Shown here: one piece after another, positions 1 through 8,279 of the stretch
How the letters are laid out: each line of letters starts with the position of its first letter
Position numbering within the stretch: the stretch's first letter is position 1
Source: Gemmatimonadaceae bacterium
Lineage (GTDB): Bacteria > Gemmatimonadota > Gemmatimonadetes > Gemmatimonadales > Gemmatimonadaceae
Reading direction: 5' to 3'
Assembly: GCA_045803545.1 (NCBI GenBank)
Contig: JBJMOW010000005.1
Span: 1,516,220 to 1,580,219, forward strand
DNA: 64,000 bases
The notes under the pieces: generated by a model
Database searches by the model: none
Seen by the model: the letters and a program-made list of their open reading frames with translations, nothing else
Told to the model about the DNA's origin: nothing
Made by a program: the position numbers and the translations under genes

Positions 1-1
1 C

Positions 2-418
2 GACAATCACACCAAGCGCAACGTCTTCGACGTCGTCGCGATACTCAAACCGACCAATCGGCTGACGCTCGGCGTCAACGGTGATTACGGGATCGAGGAC
101 GGCACCAGTCGAGTGAATCCCGGCTCTGATGCGATCTGGAAAGGCATCGCCGGCTATGCCGTGCTCGGACTCAAAGAAAATCTCTCCGTCGGTTTACGCG
201 GCGAGACCTTCCACGACGACGGTGGCGTCCGACTCGGCACCGATACGAAAGCGAGATTGTCGGAAGCTACGCTCACACCAGTCTACAAGTTCACCAATCA
301 CGTACTGGCGCGCGGAGAAGTTCGCTTCGACAAGGCGAACCAACCAATCCTCGCCAAGCGCGGAACGCTGAGCGACAAGCAGACGACGATCGGCCTCAAC
401 GTGATCTTTGTGTATTGA
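2..418 (+). CDS. Outer-membrane beta-barrel porin (BBP2/DUF1597-like), 5'-truncated by the window
   Basis: Frame open from the window edge. Alternating beta-strand pattern (LSVGLRGE, EATLTPVYKF, RGEVRFD) and a C-terminal aromatic residue (VIFVY). Confidence 0.7.
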   Translation, partial: DNHTKRNVFDVVAILKPTNRLTLGVNGDYGIEDGTSRVNPGSDAIWKGIAGYAVLGLKENLSVGLRGETFHDDGGVRLGTDTKARLSEATLTPVYKFTNHVLARGEVRFDKANQPILAKRGTLSDKQTTIGLNVIFVY

Positions 419-428
419 TGAGGCCGCA

Positions 429-1721
429 ATGATCCAGGCCGACACACTCGCCCCGGTGGTGCTGGCGTTGGCGATCGTCCTCGCTTCGGCAAAGCTCGGC
501 GGCGACGCCGCCGAGCGTGTGGGGCAACCGGCGGTTCTTGGCGAGCTCGTCGTCGGGGTGCTTGTCGGCAACCTCACCCTCGTTGGCGTGGACTGGTTCG
601 GATTCATCACCACCAACGCCACCGTCGGAGTGTTGGCGCAGCTGGGCGCTGTCATCCTGCTCTTTGAAGTAGGACTCGAATCCACGGTCCGCGACATGAT
701 GAAGGTCGGAGTGCGTTCGCTGGTGGTGGCTGTGCTCGGCGTCGTCACGCCGTGGGCGCTCGGCTGGTGGGTCGGTGCGCTGCTCCTCCCGCAGCAAAGT
801 GTCTACGTTCACGCCTTCATCGGCGCGGCGCTGACCGCAACGAGTGTCGGCATTACGGCGCGAGTGCTCAAGGATCTGGGGTACGCACAATCGGCGGAAG
901 CGCGCATCATCCTCGGCGCGGCGGTGATCGACGACGTGCTCGGCCTGGTCGTTCTCGCCGCTGTTGCCGCGTTCATTTCAGCCGCCGACAGCGGCGCCGG
1001 TTTATCGTACGGCGCGCTGGTGATCGTGCTCGGCAAAGCGATTGTCTTTCTGTTCGGCGCGCTGTCGCTCGGCGTCGTTTTCTCGCCGCGGCTATTCGGC
1101 TTCGCGTCACGACTCCGCGGAAGCGGTGTGCTGCTGGCGACGGCGCTCGTCTTCTGTTTTACGCTAGCGTGGCTGGCCAGCGTCATCGGCTTGGCGCCGA
1201 TCGTCGGCGCTTATGCTGCGGGGCTCGTCCTCGAAGACCTGCACTACCGCGACCTTATGGCGAAGGAGGAGAGGCGACTCGAGGAACTCGTTCGACCGAT
1301 CTCGTCGTTTCTGGTCCCGGTCTTTTTTGTTTTGATGGGAATGCGCGTCGACCTGAGCGCATTTGCGCGACTGGAGATCGTCGGTCTGGCGGCGGCACTC
1401 ACCGCTGCGGCGGTGGTGGGCAAGCAGGCATGCGCGATTGGCGCGATTGGTGCGAAGCTCGACGCGTTGTCGATCGGAATCGGCATGATCCCGCGAGGCG
1501 AGGTTGGGCTCATCTTCGCCAATATCGGACTTACGCTGGTCGTCCGCAACGAGCACGTTGTCGATTCGGCGACGTTCTCTGCGGTCGTCATTGTGGTGAT
1601 GATGACGACGCTGATAACGCCGCCCGCGCTGAAATGGAGTCTTGGTCGGGGAGCCCGATCACAAACCCTGAGGGAGGACGTGCGATGGAGGACGGAGGCG
1701 GCGAAGCGGGCGGCGGGATAG
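429..1721 (+). CDS. Cation:proton antiporter (CPA2/NapA-KefB type Na+/H+ exchanger)
   Basis: About 12 TM segments with motifs GQPAVLGEL, LLFEVGLE, TATSVGIT, AAVIDDVLG and GMIPRGEVGLI. Start placed at ATG 429. Confidence 0.92.
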   Translation: MIQADTLAPVVLALAIVLASAKLGGDAAERVGQPAVLGELVVGVLVGNLTLVGVDWFGFITTNATVGVLAQLGAVILLFEVGLESTVRDMMKVGVRSLVVAVLGVVTPWALGWWVGALLLPQQSVYVHAFIGAALTATSVGITARVLKDLGYAQSAEARIILGAAVIDDVLGLVVLAAVAAFISAADSGAGLSYGALVIVLGKAIVFLFGALSLGVVFSPRLFGFASRLRGSGVLLATALVFCFTLAWLASVIGLAPIVGAYAAGLVLEDLHYRDLMAKEERRLEELVRPISSFLVPVFFVLMGMRVDLSAFARLEIVGLAAALTAAAVVGKQACAIGAIGAKLDALSIGIGMIPRGEVGLIFANIGLTLVVRNEHVVDSATFSAVVIVVMMTTLITPPALKWSLGRGARSQTLREDVRWRTEAAKRAAG

Positions 1722-1725
1722 CGGA

Positions 1726-1830
1726 GTGACCCGTAGCGCGTAACCCGTAACGCGTAACCGGTAACGCGTTACCCGTTACCCGTTGCCCGTTGCCCGTGGC
1801 CCGTGGCCCGATACCAGTTACCAGTTACGG
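1726..1830. repeat. Degenerate heptamer tandem array (15 units: GTAAC[CG][CG], then GTTACCC/GTTGCCC/GTGGCCC), internally palindromic
   Basis: Read directly in 7-nt register from 1726. Fills the gap between the antiporter stop and the four-helix-bundle stop. Confidence 0.95.
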
Positions 1831-1833
1831 GCG

Positions 1834-2196
1834 TTAGTTCGAGTCGCCCCGCAGTTTTTTCAGAAGACCGTGCAGCATCTTGCGGACATCGATGATGCGA
1901 GGGAGAAGGCTCGTGAAATCCTGCTCGGTCATCAGCTTAAGATCGCGAGCGAGTTGAACGTGTCCCTCGAGTTCGGTTGCTGAAGCAATGGCGTAACCGA
2001 GATAACGCGCAAACTCACGGGGACTCGTATGCGCGCTGCCCTCGACGATATTCGTCGGCACCGACATCGCGGCGCGCAAGAGTTGGTCGCGCACCGTGGC
2101 GCTACGAGTTCCGCGCATGCGCGCAGTGACTCGCTCCGCATCAATCGCGACCTGCAGCGCCGCCTCCCAGACACGAAGTTTCCTGAAGTCAGCCAC
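1834..2196 (-). CDS. Four-helix-bundle protein (23S rRNA IVP / Avd-like family)
   Basis: 120 aa with family motifs F.KL.VW, DQLLRAAMSVPTNIVEG, EFARYLGYAIASATEL and RKMLHGL. Confidence 0.92.
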   Translation of the reverse strand: MADFRKLRVWEAALQVAIDAERVTARMRGTRSATVRDQLLRAAMSVPTNIVEGSAHTSPREFARYLGYAIASATELEGHVQLARDLKLMTEQDFTSLLPRIIDVRKMLHGLLKKLRGDSN

Positions 2197-2270
2197 GCCG
2201 AACCCTACACCGCAGCCCGTCCGGCGCTTCCATCATTTCCCCGCTCCAATCAGCGGAAATCTGGCCGCAG

Positions 2271-2438
2271 CTATCGGGCTTCGGACATCGAACTTCGGAT
2301 GTCGGGCTCCGGGTAACGCGCAACGCGCAACGGGTAACGGGTAACGGGTAACGGGTAACGGGTAACGGGTAACGGGTAACGGGTAACGGGTAACGGGTAA
2401 CGCGTTACGGGTTACGCGTTACAGGAAACGCATTACGT
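2271..2438. repeat. Heptamer tandem array (24 units: NNNTCGG-like, then GTAACGG x9 perfect, then GTTACG[GC])
   Basis: Continuous 7-nt register up to the leuB stop. Its distal part is the reverse complement of 1743-1782. Confidence 0.95.
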
Positions 2439-2439
2439 G

Positions 2440-3555
2440 TTATCCGCGGACAACCAATCCCTCAATCTCCTCTCCAACCTCCACCGTCGAGCACGCCCTC
2501 CCTCCTATCTGCACAATGTCCGCAGTAACGCAGCCCTTCCCGATTGCCGCACCGACAGCAGTCTCCACCGTCACCGCCTCCCGCTCGAGCCCGAAAGAAT
2601 ACCTGAGCATCATCGCCACGCTGAGAATCGTCCCGATCGGATTCGCAATTCCCCGCCCCGCAATATCCGGTGCCGACCCGTGAATCGGCTCATACAGTCC
2701 GCATCGCCCGCCTGCGCCCTTCCGTCTCGCGTCTCCCGCCTCGTCGCCCAACGACGCCGACGGAAGCACGCCGAGCGACCCGGCGAGCATCGAGGCTTCG
2801 TCGGTGAGAATGTCGCCGAACATGTTCTCGGTCACGATAACGTCAAAGTCCCGCGGCTGGCGCAGCAGCATCATCGCACACGCGTCGACCAGCACGTGTT
2901 CCAGCGCCACGTCAGGGAATTCCTCCCGCAAAACACGCGTGACGGTCGATCGCCACAGCCGCGACGTCTCGAGCACGTTCGCCTTGTCGACCGACGTCAG
3001 CTTGCGCCCGCGTGAGCGCGCCAGCCGCGCGGCGACACGCGTGACACGCTCGATCTCGCCGGTCGTATAAGAACAGACGTCGACCGCCCGCTCACCGCCA
3101 TCAACTCGCTCGCGCCGCTTGTCGCCGAAGTAGATGCCGCCCGTCAGCTCGCGCACGACGATGAAATCAACCCCCACGATCAGCTCGGTCCGTAGCGGCG
3201 ACCGGGCCGCGAGCAAAGGATGAACTGTTACCGGGCGAAGATTGGCGTACACCCCCAGCTCCCGCCGCAAGCCAAGTAGTCCCTGCTCCGGGCGCATGTG
3301 CGCGGCGGGATCGTCCCAACGCGGACCACCAACCGCCCCGAGCAGGACGGCGTCGGCGCTCAGACAAAGATCGATGGTTTCCGGCGGGAGCGGGGTTCCG
3401 CGTACGTCGAGCGCGGAGCCGCCGATCAACCCCTCCTCCAGCTCGATCGTATGACCGTATCGTGATGCCACCGCGCGCAGAATTCGCACGCCTTCGGCGA
3501 CAACCTCCGGTCCGATGCCATCGCCGGGAAGGACGGCAATCTTTAGAAACGCCAC
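2440..3555 (-). CDS. leuB: 3-isopropylmalate dehydrogenase
   Basis: Motifs LPGDGIGPEV, VRELTGGIYFG, VDKANVL, ENMFGDILTDEAS and EPIHGSAPDIAG. Confidence 0.97.
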   Translation of the reverse strand: MAFLKIAVLPGDGIGPEVVAEGVRILRAVASRYGHTIELEEGLIGGSALDVRGTPLPPETIDLCLSADAVLLGAVGGPRWDDPAAHMRPEQGLLGLRRELGVYANLRPVTVHPLLAARSPLRTELIVGVDFIVVRELTGGIYFGDKRRERVDGGERAVDVCSYTTGEIERVTRVAARLARSRGRKLTSVDKANVLETSRLWRSTVTRVLREEFPDVALEHVLVDACAMMLLRQPRDFDVIVTENMFGDILTDEASMLAGSLGVLPSASLGDEAGDARRKGAGGRCGLYEPIHGSAPDIAGRGIANPIGTILSVAMMLRYSFGLEREAVTVETAVGAAIGKGCVTADIVQIGGRACSTVEVGEEIEGLVVRG

Positions 3556-3577
3556 GAGCGGCGAGGAAGTCTGACTG

Positions 3578-4198
3578 TCAGCGTGTCGAGACGCGCGCGG
3601 GATGCGCCGCCTCGTAGGCGGCGATCGCCGTCTCCTCGCCGAGCAGGAATCCGAGCTCGTCGACCCCGTTCAGCAGACAGTGTTTCGCGAACGGATCCAC
3701 GGGGAACGAGTGCATTGACCCGTCGGGTAACGTCGCCGTCAGCGTGGTGAGCTCTATCGTGACGCGGGCTTGCGGCGACTTGGCGAGCTGGTCCCCCAGA
3801 CTAACGTGCGCAGCCGGGGTAAGGACGACGGGGAGCAGTCCGTTCTTGAGCGCGTTGCTGCGGAAGATGTCCGCGAAACCGGTGCTGATGATGGCGCGAA
3901 AGCCGAAATCGAGCAGCGCCCACGGCGCGTGCTCGCGCGACGAGCCGCAGCCGAAGTTGTGGCCGGCGACGAGGATTGATGCCTCGAGCGCGTCGGCGGA
4001 GTTGAGCGGAAAGTCGGCGCGGGGCTGGCCGCGTTCATCGACTCGCCAATCGGCGAACAGATGCGCGCCGAGTCCGCGACGCTCGATCGTCTTGAGAAAG
4101 CGCGCCGGAATGATCTGATCGGTGTCGACGTTGTCGGCCGGCAGCACGACGCACGAAGACGTGAGCCTCGTGAATGGTTGCATCACCGTCTCGATCAC
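3578..4198 (-). CDS. leuD: 3-isopropylmalate dehydratase small subunit
   Basis: Motifs [13 protein letters not shown] and [18 protein letters not shown] start overlaps the leuC stop; alternative ATG at 4183. Confidence 0.97.
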   Translation of the reverse strand: MIETVMQPFTRLTSSCVVLPADNVDTDQIIPARFLKTIERRGLGAHLFADWRVDERGQPRADFPLNSADALEASILVAGHNFGCGSSREHAPWALLDFGFRAIISTGFADIFRSNALKNGLLPVVLTPAAHVSLGDQLAKSPQARVTIELTTLTATLPDGSMHSFPVDPFAKHCLLNGVDELGFLLGEETAIAAYEAAHPARVSTR

Positions 4199-5607
4199 GA
4201 CAGGCTCCGCACGTCTGCGATCGCTCCGGTCACCGCGGTCGCCGCTGCTGTCAGCGGACTTGCCAGGAAAGTGCGGCCGCCTTTGCCCTGGCGTCCTTCG
4301 AAGTTGCGATTGCTGGTGCTAACCGCGCTCTGGCCCGGCGCGAGCTGATCGCCGTTCATCGCAATGCACATCGAGCAGCCTGCTTCACGCCATTCTGCGC
4401 CGGCTTCCTTGAACACTCGGTCGAGCCCTTCCGCTTCTGCCTGACTTTTGACATTGCGCGAGCCGGGCACGACCAGCATCCGCACTCCGGGTGCAACCCG
4501 ACGTCCACGCATTACCGTTGCCGCCTCGCGCAGATCGGAGATACGCGAGTTAGTACAGCTCCCCACGAACACCACGTCGACAGCGCGGCCGAGCAGTGCC
4601 TGCCCCGGCTCGAGCGCCATGTAGCGGAGCGCCTTGTCGAGATCGGCGCGCTCGGTCCCGCTCGCCGCAGAGTCGGGGTCAGGAACACGTCCGTCGATGG
4701 GAATCGCCATCGACGGGTTGGTGCCGAAAGTAATCATTGGAGCCAGGCTGTCTGCCCGCAGATTCAGCGTGCGATCGTACGACGCGTCATCGTCGCTGAC
4801 GAGTTGCCGCCAGCGATCGACCGCACCATCCCAGTCGCCGCCCGCCGGCGCAAACGGCCGGCCGGCTATGTACTCGGCAGTCGTGTCGTCGGGCGCAATG
4901 AGGCCGGCGCGCGCGCCTGCCTCGATCGACATGTTGCAGATGGTCATCCGGTTTTCCATCCCTAGCGCGCGAATCGCTGAACCGGTGTACTCGAGCACGT
5001 GTCCGGTTGCGCCCCCGACGCCGATCCTGGCGATGATGGCGAGGATGATGTCCTTTGCCGTAACCCCGGGAGGAAGCGTTCCATCGATGGACAGCTGCAT
5101 GCTGCGCGGCTTGCGCTGCAGCAGCGTCTGGGTTGCGAGAACGTAGCCCACTTCCGACGTCCCGATTCCAAACGCCAGCGCGCCAAACGCGCCGTGGGTG
5201 CTGGTGTGACTGTCACCGCAGACGATGGTCATGCCCGGCTGTGTAAGCCCCTGCTCCGGTCCGATGACGTGAACGATTCCCTGCCGACTGTCTTCGAGTC
5301 CGAACAGGCTAATGCCGAATTCGTCGCAGTTCGTCTCAAGCTGCGTGAGCTGCGCCGCCGCCTGGGAATCGAGCACCTGCAGACGGCCATGCGCCCGGGG
5401 CGTCGTCGGCGTCGAATGATCCATCGTCGCCAGCGTCAGCTCGGGTCGCCGCACCCCAACACCGCGACGCCGCAACTCGGCGAACGCCTGCGGCGACGTC
5501 ACCTCGTGCACGAGATGCAGATCGACGTAAAGTACCGCCGGCGTGCTCTCGGTCTCGGCCCGAGCGACGTGGTCGTCCCAAATCTTGTCGACGAGTGTTT
5601 GTGGCAA
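4195..5607 (-). CDS. leuC: 3-isopropylmalate dehydratase large subunit
   Basis: Motifs [34 protein letters not shown] and [12 protein letters not shown]. True start inferred at TTG 5607 (PQTLVDKIW); the in-frame extension upstream is translated repeat. Confidence 0.95.
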   Translation of the reverse strand: MPQTLVDKIWDDHVARAETESTPAVLYVDLHLVHEVTSPQAFAELRRRGVGVRRPELTLATMDHSTPTTPRAHGRLQVLDSQAAAQLTQLETNCDEFGISLFGLEDSRQGIVHVIGPEQGLTQPGMTIVCGDSHTSTHGAFGALAFGIGTSEVGYVLATQTLLQRKPRSMQLSIDGTLPPGVTAKDIILAIIARIGVGGATGHVLEYTGSAIRALGMENRMTICNMSIEAGARAGLIAPDDTTAEYIAGRPFAPAGGDWDGAVDRWRQLVSDDDASYDRTLNLRADSLAPMITFGTNPSMAIPIDGRVPDPDSAASGTERADLDKALRYMALEPGQALLGRAVDVVFVGSCTNSRISDLREAATVMRGRRVAPGVRMLVVPGSRNVKSQAEAEGLDRVFKEAGAEWREAGCSMCIAMNGDQLAPGQSAVSTSNRNFEGRQGKGGRTFLASPLTAAATAVTGAIADVRSLS

Positions 5608-5732
5608 AGCGGGAAGCGGGAAGCGGGAAGCGGAAAGCGGGAAGCGGGAAACGGGCAACGGGCAACGGGCAACGGGCAACGGGCAACGGGCAACGGGCAA
5701 CGGGTTACGCGTTACGCGTTACGCGTAACGGA
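5607..5732. repeat. Heptamer tandem array (18 units: AAGCGGG-type x6, AAACGGG, CAACGGG x7, TTACGCG x3, TAACGGA)
   Basis: Read directly. Fills the space between the attenuator terminator and the leuC start codon. Confidence 0.95.
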
Positions 5733-5766
5733 AAAAAAAAGGCCCCTCGACATTTTCCGGGGGCCC
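5732..5766 (-). terminator. Intrinsic terminator of the leu attenuator
   Basis: Minus strand GGCCCCCGG-aaaatg-TCGAGGGGCC followed by 9 T. Confidence 0.88.
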
Positions 5767-5790
5767 GTCTGCCGCAATTCGCGAGAAATC

Positions 5791-5868
5791 TTATACGCGC
5801 ACAGACAGACCGCCCCTATCAACGAGGTTCGAAATAAGAATAGAAAGTCGGGAGCCCGTAGCGCGCAT
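5791..5868 (-). CDS. Putative leader peptide of the leuCDB attenuator (MRATGSRLSILISNLVDRGGLSVRV)
   Basis: 25-aa ORF with a Leu/Ile/Val cluster (L-S-I-L-I-S-N-L-V), ending ~25 nt upstream of the terminator. Its 3' part (GGGGCGGTCTG) can pair with CAGACGGGCCCC as an antiterminator. Confidence 0.75.
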   Translation of the reverse strand: MRATGSRLSILISNLVDRGGLSVRV

Positions 5869-6002
5869 TGAACGAATGTCGAAGCAGGAAACGCAAGCCG
5901 CCGTCTGCCGGTTGCGGATTGGGAATGTATTTGTCGCTAACGGGTCGGTCAAGCGTTGTCGGCGCAGACCCTCAAATAAGAATCGTAGTTGCGGCTTGTA
6001 GC

Positions 6003-6263
6003 TTAGCGATTCCGCGAGCCGAACGTAGTGAAGCGGCCGAACAAATCGCTCCAGCCTTTGGTGCTCGTCTTCCACGATTGCTCGTTGCGCGCACGCAGCC
6101 GCGCCTCGGTCAGCCCGATCGTGCGGTTGACGCGCGGTGGCTTGTCCGCGGTCGTCTCTGATTCGTTGACGCTGGCCAGCGTTTTCTCTTTCCTGGCCGC
6201 AATGTCGTCATCGCGGTGCTTATTCTTTAACCCAAACAGTCGCTCCCTGAGGCTCTTTTTCAT
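6003..6263 (-). CDS. Small basic hypothetical protein, paralog of 10415-10675
   Basis: 86 aa. Abuts the upstream stop. Shares KSLR..LFG and RV.R.IG.TE.RLRARN..SW with its paralog. Confidence 0.7.
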   Translation of the reverse strand: MKKSLRERLFGLKNKHRDDDIAARKEKTLASVNESETTADKPPRVNRTIGLTEARLRARNEQSWKTSTKGWSDLFGRFTTFGSRNR

Positions 6264-6602
6264 TCAGTTCTCTCGAGTGTGAAATTGCCCGGGTTGGCGT
6301 GGCGCGCGTTCCTCATCGATTCGCCTGTATGCTTCGACACACCATGCGTCGGCCTGCTTGGCGATGGCGCGGAATTCCGGTGACGGGCGCTCTCCCGATT
6401 GCCCGGCCGAGTCCTCACTGAGGCTTATCATCTCACGCACGTGGATCACGATCTCGGCGAACGGCACTCCCCGATTCTGATCCGCCGCGACTCGCGTCTG
6501 TACCGCCAGCCGCAACGTTCTTATAAATGCGAAAATGCCGCCGCCGTCGTTGGACACGAGGCGACGCGAGAGTGGTGGGATACTGTTCGGCGGCTTGTTC
6601 AT
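6264..6602 (-). CDS. Hypothetical helical protein (LR.AV...G...W...Y family)
   Basis: 112 aa. Operonic with the kinase. Motif similarity to 23747-24076 and 24101-24409. Confidence 0.65.
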   Translation of the reverse strand: MNKPPNSIPPLSRRLVSNDGGGIFAFIRTLRLAVQTRVAADQNRGVPFAEIVIHVREMISLSEDSAGQSGERPSPEFRAIAKQADAWCVEAYRRIDEERAPRQPGQFHTREN

Positions 6603-6624
6603 AAGCGCTTTGGCACAGGCGAGA

Positions 6625-7755
6625 CTACGACTGACGTGGGAGATGGACCGAAAAAACCGTCCCCCGCTCGTCGGACGACATCACTTCAATTCTTCCCTTG
6701 TGCGCGTGGGCGATTCGATCTGCGATGTAGAGTCCCAACCCGAGGTTAGCCGAGGGCCCAGTGGATTGGTTCGGCGTTGTCTGCATCTTCATCGCGTTGA
6801 AGATCCCATCCAGCTGCTCTTCAGGAATAGCAGTGCCGTGATTGTGCACGGCGATGGTGACCTCGTCATCGCTTCCCTGCACATCGACGGAGACGGTGCT
6901 CCGCTCCGATCCATGCTCCAGCGCGTTACCAAGCAGATTGGTCACCGCCTGCGACATTCGCTCATAGTCCCAGTGGCCCGTGAGCGCACCGCGAGCGTTG
7001 ACCTTGATTCTGCGCTTTGGATGCGCGGCCAGAACCTCGTTCACCACCTCGTGCACCAGCTTACCCATGTTCATGCTGGCACGGGTGATCGGAATACCAC
7101 CGCCGAGCCGGCCGCGCGTGAAATCGAGCAGAGCGCCAACCATGTTGTTCATGCGCGTGGTCGCGCTGACTATGCGGGTGGTTAGCGTCAGATGCGGCTC
7201 CTCGAGCTCCTTCGTCTCGAGCATGAACTTCGACGACGTCAACACTGCTCCGATCGGCGATCTGAGATCGTGACCGAGGATCGCGAGGAACATCTCCTTG
7301 GACCTGTCGAGATCCTCAGTGAAGCGCATCACCGACTCGGCGAGTGATTGGTCGATGGCTTCGTTGAATCGTGTCAGGTCGTCGAGGTCGGTCTGGGTTG
7401 GTTGCGACTGACCGCGTATCCAGAGACGGATCACACTGGCGCGCAGCGCGCGGTACTCCGCTACCATCTGGTCGATGGTGAATCCACTTTCGGCCCTGCC
7501 GGTGCCGTGCTTTTCGGCAGCGGTTCGCTCCATGGAGGTTGGCAGCGGAGCGAGCCCTCTCGATTTTGCCGACTGCTCGAGATCGCCTTGCGGTGTCTGA
7601 AGATCCCTTGCAATCACCATCAGCATCTCGCTGGCGTGGTCGCTGAGCGCAGTAATACCCATCGATGCGCTCGCTGGAGCGCAGGTCTTCGCGAACGCCC
7701 CCCACTCCGCCAGAATGAGTTCGCGATTTCCGAGTATGAAATCGGCCAGCCGCAT
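6625..7755 (-). CDS. Sensor histidine kinase with RsbRD_N-like N-terminal domain
   Basis: N-terminus MRLADFI..IL.EW..FA and HGTGRAESGF..MVAEYRALR. H-box LGHDLRSP, N-box NLLGNALEH, G-box GLGLYI. Confidence 0.9.
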   Translation of the reverse strand: MRLADFILGNRELILAEWGAFAKTCAPASASMGITALSDHASEMLMVIARDLQTPQGDLEQSAKSRGLAPLPTSMERTAAEKHGTGRAESGFTIDQMVAEYRALRASVIRLWIRGQSQPTQTDLDDLTRFNEAIDQSLAESVMRFTEDLDRSKEMFLAILGHDLRSPIGAVLTSSKFMLETKELEEPHLTLTTRIVSATTRMNNMVGALLDFTRGRLGGGIPITRASMNMGKLVHEVVNEVLAAHPKRRIKVNARGALTGHWDYERMSQAVTNLLGNALEHGSERSTVSVDVQGSDDEVTIAVHNHGTAIPEEQLDGIFNAMKMQTTPNQSTGPSANLGLGLYIADRIAHAHKGRIEVMSSDERGTVFSVHLPRQS

Positions 7756-7858
7756 CGTATTGGCCGCGGCGGTTGCCGTCTGTGGCATGAGTGCGGGCGC
7801 GGGTAGTTGCAAGGAATTCAGGTCTGTGTGTAGCGGGCGGTCAGATAACCCATGGATG

Positions 7859-8278
7859 TCATTGGTCGTTTACTTCGGTCCCGGACATGCGCGTCGCGCG
7901 CTGGGCCGTAGCGCGCTTGGCAAGTTCCTGAGAAACGGTGGACAGAAAATCCTTGTAGGAAAGCGGTTTCGCGATGTAGCCGTCACAGCCCGCGGCGCGA
8001 ATCCGTGCCTCATCGCCTTTCATCGCCAACGCGGTCAGGGCGATGACGGGAATCTCGCGGGTGACGAGGCCGGCCTTGAGCAGCGCAGTCGCCTTCAGGC
8101 CGTCCATGCCGGGAAGTTGAATATCCATCAGAATGAGATCGGGCTGCTCGTTGTCTGCCAGCGCAACTCCTGCCTCCGCATCGAGTGCTTTGAGCACCGT
8201 GTGTCCCGCGTTCTCGAGCAGGAATGTGGCGAGGGTCATGTTGGCGGGGTTGTCTTCGACTACCAGCACTTTCGCCAT
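7859..8278 (-). CDS. Single-domain response regulator (CheY/DivK-like)
   Basis: Motifs VLVVEDN, LILMDIQLPGMDG, VIALTA and GCDGYIAKP. Confidence 0.92.
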   Translation of the reverse strand: MAKVLVVEDNPANMTLATFLLENAGHTVLKALDAEAGVALADNEQPDLILMDIQLPGMDGLKATALLKAGLVTREIPVIALTALAMKGDEARIRAAGCDGYIAKPLSYKDFLSTVSQELAKRATAQRATRMSGTEVNDQ

Positions 8279-8279
8279 A

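Noticed and set aside
5336..5837. ORFs with PVARC/ATGNGQR/REAGSGK repeats, and the LeuC N-terminal extension
   Set aside because: These are translations of the heptamer array. LeuC homology begins at 5607.
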